DNA from: a virus
Strand: one strand, 5' to 3'
IMG/VR virus record: IMGVR_UViG_3300033553_000165
Location: 1-64,000 of that record
Length of the DNA stretch: 64,000 bases
In this document: piece by piece, positions 58,210-64,000 of the stretch
Numbering within the stretch: position 1 is the first letter of the stretch
How the letters are laid out: every line of letters starts with the position of its first letter
Made by a program: the position numbers and the translations under genes
Notes under the pieces: model-generated
The model's database searches: none
What the model was told of the DNA's origin: nothing
The model's input: the letters and a program-made list of their open reading frames with translations, nothing else

Positions 58210-58673
58210 ACTTTACCGTCGTTATAATCGTACTCCAGGAACGTTCTTTCGTTGGGGGAGCCGAAGTCAATTATATATTTTCCTTTAGTTCGGTCGTCCG
58301 AGTACCAGTGAATAACTCTCTGGTCGTATTCCTTTCTCGTAATACCTAATTTCTTTACAGCTTGTTGAAGATTCGAAACAATCAACCAATATATATTACT
58401 GTAACTTTTACTTTGAACTTTACCGCTTATGCGATTAAAACCCTTTTCTGTTACTCTTATAACTGGAACAACTGCCCGAAAGTTTTCCTTATCTACCAAT
58501 GTGTGAGTTACCTTAAATGTACCATTTATTATATGATAATCTGTAGGCAACCACCTCCCATTAGTTTTTAACATATACCCATAATCATTCAGCCATTCAT
58601 AAAAATGCTTCCGCTTAAATCCAAGCATCTTTGCTACCTCCGTAACCATTAAATTTCTAGTCGCTTGTCCCAT
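58188..58673 (-). CDS. Antirepressor KilAC-domain protein
   Basis: VTEVAKMLG...FYEWL...Y....WLP...G.F..RVTEKG. Confidence 0.75.
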   Translation of the reverse strand: MGQATRNLMVTEVAKMLGFKRKHFYEWLNDYGYMLKTNGRWLPTDYHIINGTFKVTHTLVDKENFRAVVPVIRVTEKGFNRISGKVQSKSYSNIYWLIVSNLQQAVKKLGITRKEYDQRVIHWYSDDRTKGKYIIDFGSPNERTFLEYDYNDGKVWQTINT

Positions 58674-59256
58674 AACCTCGCTTTTTATAAATCTTAGGAT
58701 ATTGAAGTTTTAATTCTTCCTTACATTCTTTTATTTTAGGGCATTTCATACATAATGGACTCTTGTGGTTATATAGGGTTGTTGCTAATAAACAATTGTA
58801 AAACCCTTTAACCGTTCCGAAGAACCTAACTTTCTCATCTTCCTCAACGGGATTGAGATTTAAAAGCAAATCGTCCCAGTTTTCTTTTACTAACCTTGAC
58901 TTCAATTTAACGTCCGTCTTCAGATTTTTTCTTACAATAAAACCTATAATTTTTTTATCAACCTTCTTCCACCTCGCAATAGCTTTCTTTCCCACAATCC
59001 ACTCAATCTGGATAGCCTTAACGGAGCTCTTACTGTCGTACTTGTACCAATGGTTAAATTGAAATTCAAAATACTGGCGAAGGTAATCTTCCTGGAGAAC
59101 TTTAGTCTTGGAAAGTTCTTTTATATCCCGTACAAAATTCTCTATGGTTTTTTCCTTACTGTCCGTGATCTTAAATCTGTAATTGGTTACATTTAATACA
59201 CTGGAATAGTAGTATTTGAATAAATTTACAATTAATCTAAGTTCACTCTTTTTCAT
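58657..59256 (-). CDS. Hypothetical protein with C-terminal Cys cluster (replication cluster)
   Basis: C..CMKCP...C; lies between the helicases. Confidence 0.65.
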   Translation of the reverse strand: MKKSELRLIVNLFKYYYSSVLNVTNYRFKITDSKEKTIENFVRDIKELSKTKVLQEDYLRQYFEFQFNHWYKYDSKSSVKAIQIEWIVGKKAIARWKKVDKKIIGFIVRKNLKTDVKLKSRLVKENWDDLLLNLNPVEEDEKVRFFGTVKGFYNCLLATTLYNHKSPLCMKCPKIKECKEELKLQYPKIYKKRGYGTSD

Positions 59257-60814
59257 TCAACCATTCTTTTATACTTTCAGTCATAAGGCTAAATTCGTCG
59301 AACATATAAACCTCAAGCCTATCGTTCGGAACTTCTTTACCGTAAACCTCTAATCTATTTAAACTATGTTCAGAAAAGTGCTTAGTTCCTACATCCATAA
59401 TATCTATAATCGCTGCCCGAGTCTTCCCCTCAATTGATCCTAGAACCCTTCCCTGCTTTTGTGTGATATTACTTCCTTCTAAACCTCCGTCGGCTAAAAT
59501 CAGTATCTCTGCCTCCGGAAGTGTTATCCCTTTCTTGTAGATATTACTGGCCAATAAGATTTTCCCCTTTCCTTTCAAAAACTTTAATTTTGCCCGTTCT
59601 CGCTCGGTTGGTTTACTGTCCCCACTAATAAACATCTCACCCGTCTCCTCAGAAATAATATATCCGTGCTTCTTGGAATTAAATATGACTAAAGTTTTCC
59701 AGTGGTTCTTTTTACAAGTTTTGATTAATTTCGTAAGAATATGGTTCCGCTCGTCGTTGTGGTGAATTGTCTGAGAAAGATAATCGTGGTAACTTTCTGC
59801 CTTATAAATTCTATTGCGCCTTATGTAATCTGAATGATCATAACTAACCAAGAAAATTTTATCTAAGGCTAAAAATCCCTCATCTTGTAACCGCTTCTTT
59901 TTAACCTCATAACAGATGCCGCCAAAAAATCCTTTAATCTTCAGATTTTCAATCAACCCACCGACCTGTTTGAATGGCGTGGCTGAAAGTCCCAAAAGTT
60001 GATTCATACTTTTACAATTATTTAGAACATTCATACGTTTTGTACTTGAATATTCGTGAATCTCATCTACTATCAGAAAATCAACCTGACGCATATACTT
60101 TTGAACCCTTCGCTTCTCAGCATTCTTGATTTTATTCTTAGCTTTAATCTCTTCCTTGCTTAAACTTACCTTTTCCTTGTTAACGGTCTTACTTTCCGAA
60201 ACTTTCCCGTACAATTTAGAAGTTAGCGTCTGGATCATAGCGACTGTTACTTGCTTGGGTTCAAAGCCTTTATCGTTAACATATCCCATATCTTCTAGAT
60301 TGGCTCCTAAATATCCCGCAATTTCTTCTGTTGCTTGCTTAAATAAGTCAACCGTATCAACTACAAACAAAATATTCGCATTCTCATTAAATTGTAAAGT
60401 TTGCCGGATCGTTTCTGAAGCAATAAACGTTTTACCTCCCCTCGTGGGGACAATCATAATACCAATATTGTTTTTGAAAAATTCGTTAATGCCCTCCCTC
60501 TGGTGTGGGCGCAATTTTTTCGGCAAATCTTTGGGAATTATCTTATGTCGGCTAAATTTATAAGAATCCTTGATTTTGTATTGCAATTCATCCTTATCCA
60601 TATTGTAAATCACCTCATCCAGTAACCCAAAGTCAAAAAAGTCTTTTTTATCGTAAAATCGGTGATAACCATCCCAATCTCCTTTTTTAAAGATTTCAGA
60701 GAAATGAGCCCCATCTACATAAAATTCCAAATATTCCTTAACCCAACGTAATTCTCTTGGTTTATCAGCCGTTAATTTACAACGGGACATATTTACACGT
60801 GTTATCGTTATCAT
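59243..60814 (-). CDS. SF2 DExH helicase (UvsW-like)
   Basis: LRPHQ, PTRGGKT, DEIH, SATP, QKQGRVL. Confidence 0.92.
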   Translation of the reverse strand: MITITRVNMSRCKLTADKPRELRWVKEYLEFYVDGAHFSEIFKKGDWDGYHRFYDKKDFFDFGLLDEVIYNMDKDELQYKIKDSYKFSRHKIIPKDLPKKLRPHQREGINEFFKNNIGIMIVPTRGGKTFIASETIRQTLQFNENANILFVVDTVDLFKQATEEIAGYLGANLEDMGYVNDKGFEPKQVTVAMIQTLTSKLYGKVSESKTVNKEKVSLSKEEIKAKNKIKNAEKRRVQKYMRQVDFLIVDEIHEYSSTKRMNVLNNCKSMNQLLGLSATPFKQVGGLIENLKIKGFFGGICYEVKKKRLQDEGFLALDKIFLVSYDHSDYIRRNRIYKAESYHDYLSQTIHHNDERNHILTKLIKTCKKNHWKTLVIFNSKKHGYIISEETGEMFISGDSKPTERERAKLKFLKGKGKILLASNIYKKGITLPEAEILILADGGLEGSNITQKQGRVLGSIEGKTRAAIIDIMDVGTKHFSEHSLNRLEVYGKEVPNDRLEVYMFDEFSLMTESIKEWLNEKE

Positions 60815-61232
60815 AATTGGATTTTTCTAAAATAACGTTGTATGTGTTTTTGCTTTTTAGTTTAGAGATATCTTGAGAAATTTAGGTATAAGAGACAAAC
60901 CCCCTCCCCTCAATGTAAATTAATACATTAAAGGAAAAAAGTTTGTACCTAAACTATCAAGAATTACTTGAGCGAATTTGAGGCTGGCACGGCTCACAAC
61001 CCCTAAAAAGAACCAGTTGCCATTTAAACATAAGAAGTTTCTAAGATAACTTAGATTATAACTTCTCTCCCAACTAAACTTTGGTGAAAATCTTATCGGT
61101 ATCAGATTCTATACCTGATATTTTTAGGAAGGTAATAAAACGATTTTAAGGCATTTTAACGATGTGTTAGGGTTTTCTTAACTACTTACTTCCCTACGAA
61201 AAGTACAATTATAACCAATAGGATAAATGTGG

Positions 61233-61268
61233 AAACCAAAAGTGCCCTCTAGTATTTTAGAAGGCACT
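61233..61268 (-). terminator. Intrinsic terminator of tail operon
   Basis: AGTGCCTTCTA..TAGAGGGCACT followed by TTT. Confidence 0.75.
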
Positions 61269-61295
61269 AATGAGAAAACAATAAAAAATCGAAAA

Positions 61296-62093
61296 TTAAT
61301 CGAAGCTGAACAAAACGTCTAAAGATTCACTCTTATTTAAATCCTCACTGAAATCAATAACTAATTGCGGCTTAACTTTTCGTCTAACCCAAATTCCTAA
61401 AGATTTTCCAGCGTCTAAAGAAGCGACTAAAGAAGTTTCTCCGTCAACGTAACCGCTAAAATTAACTATGTTACTTTCGGCAGTTCCCGTTGAAGTTATT
61501 TGAACCACCGCATCGGTCTTCGTTAAGGCTTCTCGTCTTATATAGACGCTCGTGTTTGAATATTTTTGAACCGTAAATTCCGGAACCAACTCAAAGTGCG
61601 CTATAATCTCATCCACCATATGTTCTAAGGTACTGCCGACAAAAAGAATCGCTTGACCTAATAGATTGAAGGTTTCTCCGGAAGCAGGAACCGTAACCAT
61701 TTTTAGGATACAGCTTTCTCGAACGGTTGTTGGATTAAAGAAGTCAGCATTGAAAGGCGATTCTTGAGAACTTCCGATAACTTCTATTTGGTGATCGTCT
61801 GTTGGTTCAACTATCGCCCAATCAAAATCAGCGTCATTATCAACCTCTCCTAAAAAATCTTGATATATTTGCTGAATGGATAAATTGGTTATTGCAGTTT
61901 GAGTTTCGTTATAAATGAAGAAGGCTAAAGTTTCTTCAATTCTATTCTTCTGAGAATAAATGGACAGGGAAGAGAATAACGCTCCTGGTCTCCCATTGGG
62001 GATCGGCGTTGAAGACATATACCCTCCAAGGCTTTGTGTTTTGTCGTTTTGAGCTGACAGCGAGTGTTTTGCTCCTGAGAATAAAAATTTCAT
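61296..62093 (-). CDS. Putative tail/baseplate protein
   Basis: SLGGYMSSTPIPN and GIWVRR motifs; follows a tail-collar-like gene. Confidence 0.55.
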   Translation of the reverse strand: MKFLFSGAKHSLSAQNDKTQSLGGYMSSTPIPNGRPGALFSSLSIYSQKNRIEETLAFFIYNETQTAITNLSIQQIYQDFLGEVDNDADFDWAIVEPTDDHQIEVIGSSQESPFNADFFNPTTVRESCILKMVTVPASGETFNLLGQAILFVGSTLEHMVDEIIAHFELVPEFTVQKYSNTSVYIRREALTKTDAVVQITSTGTAESNIVNFSGYVDGETSLVASLDAGKSLGIWVRRKVKPQLVIDFSEDLNKSESLDVLFSFD

Positions 62094-64000
62094 TTAGACT
62101 ATTTTTTCTATGTATATGAATTTTATATGTTTCGGTTGAATTTTAACATCTTCCACTGCACCATCTTTCTTATTAATTTCCAGACCACCTGTGTAAGTTG
62201 TTCTAGTTAATGGATCTCCGTTAGCGTCCGGAGAAATATGAACTTGGTTAATATTATATCCAGAACCACTCGTATTTCTATCTGAACTTCTACCCCAAAC
62301 TTCGTGACGGTGAGATGGAATATTTGCTAAGGTTAATTTAACTTTATCTGTACCTCCCGTTTGACCCAACTCAGTCCAAATTGCCGTACCCATAACAAAT
62401 TGATCTTGCATTTCACTTACAATTCTCCATCCCCAGAATCCTGATCTAACTCCCATACCGTCTACGGTGAAGCTATTTTGAGGAACATCTTTTAACATCC
62501 TCACCATACCTTTAGGATTTATATCGGAGTCGTAATGGCAAATCCAATTTCCGGTATCATCAAAGGTACATCTTATGAATAATCCGCTTGAAAGCTTTTC
62601 GGCACTCTTAGAATTATTCTTAATGTAAGCAGTGTCGTTGCTGGTAATGTTTGCTAAAGTTTTGAAAGAAGTAGGATTTGAATAATCTTGAACGATTTTA
62701 AGTGTAAAATTGTTTAAGGTTATGAATTGATCTATATGTAAAATAAATTCGTTTCCTTGCCTTAAAGAACCCCCTTCTTCATCCGTCTTCGCAAGGTTAA
62801 TAACCATATTTGCGGACATACTCAAGGTGCCCGTATAATGTTGATATCTTTTATCCCTACCAACTATCAGATCAACCACTGGGATTGAATTGTCTAAAGA
62901 AGACGTGTTGACTCCAAAAACATCTCCCGTAACAACTTGCCCCTTGAAGTTCCAAAAAGAATCTGGATGAGGACATACCTCTATGAATCCTTTAGTAAGG
63001 TGTCCTGTGTAAGGTTTCAAAGTTCTATTTATAGTTTCTACCTTTAAATTCCCTACATCGTCAAAAGAATCTTCATCATAATATCCTATCGTATCATTCG
63101 GGAATTTCTTCCAGTCTGTAAAATCATTTTGGATTTTATACCTATAAGTAAGATTGTATTTGTAGCAACTTTCAAAGGACGGAACCTGAAGACTGGCAAT
63201 TGGCGTATTTATAGGAAAGTTAAAAATCTTATCAATCAACGCTGTTGTATTTATATCTCCGTCTTGACGAACCTTTACTTCTATCTCTTCATATGGAGGA
63301 GCAATAAATAATGCCGCCTTATCTGTATAATCAGTAGGATTTAAAACATCAAGTGTTACCACGATTTGAGTTCCGGAATCTTGACTGTCGATAATTTCCT
63401 TCCAGTCTCCGTTGGAAGAATAAATTCTCCAGCCGTTAAAATCTCCATTAGTAAATTGCGAAGTATCTTTAAACACCCCACCATTACCTATCAAGATACT
63501 GATCTTTTTAGAAGAAGTATCTATGGTATAAGAATTTATTCTGAATCCAAATGCTAACTGGATAAAGTTATCCGCTTGCGTGCTAGTTTTTACTCCGTAT
63601 CTTATATTCTCAACTCCGATTATTGGATTGGCGGCAGTTCGGTTAATACTTCTTAAGTAATTAAACGCCTCACTCCTCCACCACTTTTTTCTTTTATCTT
63701 GAATCGTTAAATCTATTCCCGTATTTTTTACCCTTGCTACGAAAAATTCTTTATCGGCTATATGAGCTGGTTCTATGTTAAAGTTGTTTTCCCTTACTAA
63801 TTGAACCTTCACCGAATCATAACGGAAGATCATTTGGTTTTCGGCAGGAACGGGATATCCTGGAGTGAAAGTTCCTACGACCCCATATTTCAAGTTATTT
63901 TCAGAATTGAAATCTCCGCTAATAATACAACTCGTGTCGTCTATTACTTTAACAACTTCATAATCATCCGCATTTCCATTTAAGGAATTTTCTAATCTGA
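62094..64000 (-). CDS. Baseplate/tail-fibre protein, 5'-truncated by the window end
   Basis: Frame stays open upstream of 63893 to the window edge; C-terminal GQTGG..VKLTLANIPSHRH..IQP..FIYIEK collar-like domain. Confidence 0.7.
   Translation of the reverse strand, partial: RLENSLNGNADDYEVVKVIDDTSCIISGDFNSENNLKYGVVGTFTPGYPVPAENQMIFRYDSVKVQLVRENNFNIEPAHIADKEFFVARVKNTGIDLTIQDKRKKWWRSEAFNYLRSINRTAANPIIGVENIRYGVKTSTQADNFIQLAFGFRINSYTIDTSSKKISILIGNGGVFKDTSQFTNGDFNGWRIYSSNGDWKEIIDSQDSGTQIVVTLDVLNPTDYTDKAALFIAPPYEEIEVKVRQDGDINTTALIDKIFNFPINTPIASLQVPSFESCYKYNLTYRYKIQNDFTDWKKFPNDTIGYYDEDSFDDVGNLKVETINRTLKPYTGHLTKGFIEVCPHPDSFWNFKGQVVTGDVFGVNTSSLDNSIPVVDLIVGRDKRYQHYTGTLSMSANMVINLAKTDEEGGSLRQGNEFILHIDQFITLNNFTLKIVQDYSNPTSFKTLANITSNDTAYIKNNSKSAEKLSSGLFIRCTFDDTGNWICHYDSDINPKGMVRMLKDVPQNSFTVDGMGVRSGFWGWRIVSEMQDQFVMGTAIWTELGQTGGTDKVKLTLANIPSHRHEVWGRSSDRNTSGSGYNINQVHISPDANGDPLTRTTYTGGLEINKKDGAVEDVKIQPKHIKFIYIEKIV

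Noticed and set aside
58188-58673. Antirepressor domain as evidence of a temperate lifestyle
   Set aside because: KilAC domains also occur in lytic phages; no integrase or repressor module here
18116-60814. Inteins, introns or stop-codon reassignment in core genes
   Set aside because: TerL, DnaE, helicases and RecA are continuous and of normal size under code 11
60886-60897. GTATAAGAGACA, a 12-nt match to the Tn5 mosaic end
   Set aside because: Partial, lacks the terminal G and sits inside a coherent inverted-repeat structure; probably chance, though read mapping should exclude a chimera
642-63983. Many plus-strand ORFs in the six-frame track
   Set aside because: They are antisense shadows of minus-strand genes (S/F/L-rich, no motifs)

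Overview
A 64-kb segment of a large, AT-rich tailed phage. No integrase or lysogeny module is visible, and every credible gene is on the minus strand. The host is very likely a Bacteroidota (Flavobacteriia) bacterium: there are TAnnTTTG-type promoters, no Shine-Dalgarno sites, and DUF285 and T9SS-like proteins. In transcription order (64000 to 1) the window holds: the end of a tail/baseplate operon; a structured 480-bp intergenic region; a replication/recombination block (SF2 helicase, DnaB-like helicase, primase, sigma-like factor, dUMP-type thymidylate synthase homolog, DnaE, HD hydrolase, DUF3310, UvsY-like, gp32-like SSB, RecA, SbcD/SbcC, RuvC-like, second sigma-like factor, UvrD, RNase H); about 15 kb of small accessory genes (Tad2/DUF2829, macrodomain, DnaA-C HTH, T9SS-CTD-like secreted protein, dUTPase, DnaQ); TerL; putative internal head proteins; a glycosyltransferase plus aGPT-PPlase1 DNA-modification pair; the portal; and fibre/adhesin genes ending in a truncated BspA/DUF285 protein. 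Bases 6-38 are a Nextera adapter artifact. Best leads: (1) a split but apparently co-regulated thymidine (hmU) hypermodification system combining a glycosyltransferase and an aGPT-PPlase1; (2) a self-contained ~70-nt small RNA whose G-rich arm is complementary to the leader of a phage sigma-like gene and to other C-rich leaders; (3) a shared N-terminal RLNILKGF..LxK(A/G/S) candidate capsid-targeting propeptide; (4) a leader motif AAYCGTAAA before 10 genes; (5) a possible phage-encoded T9SS cargo. All calls come from motif recognition by eye; no searches were run.
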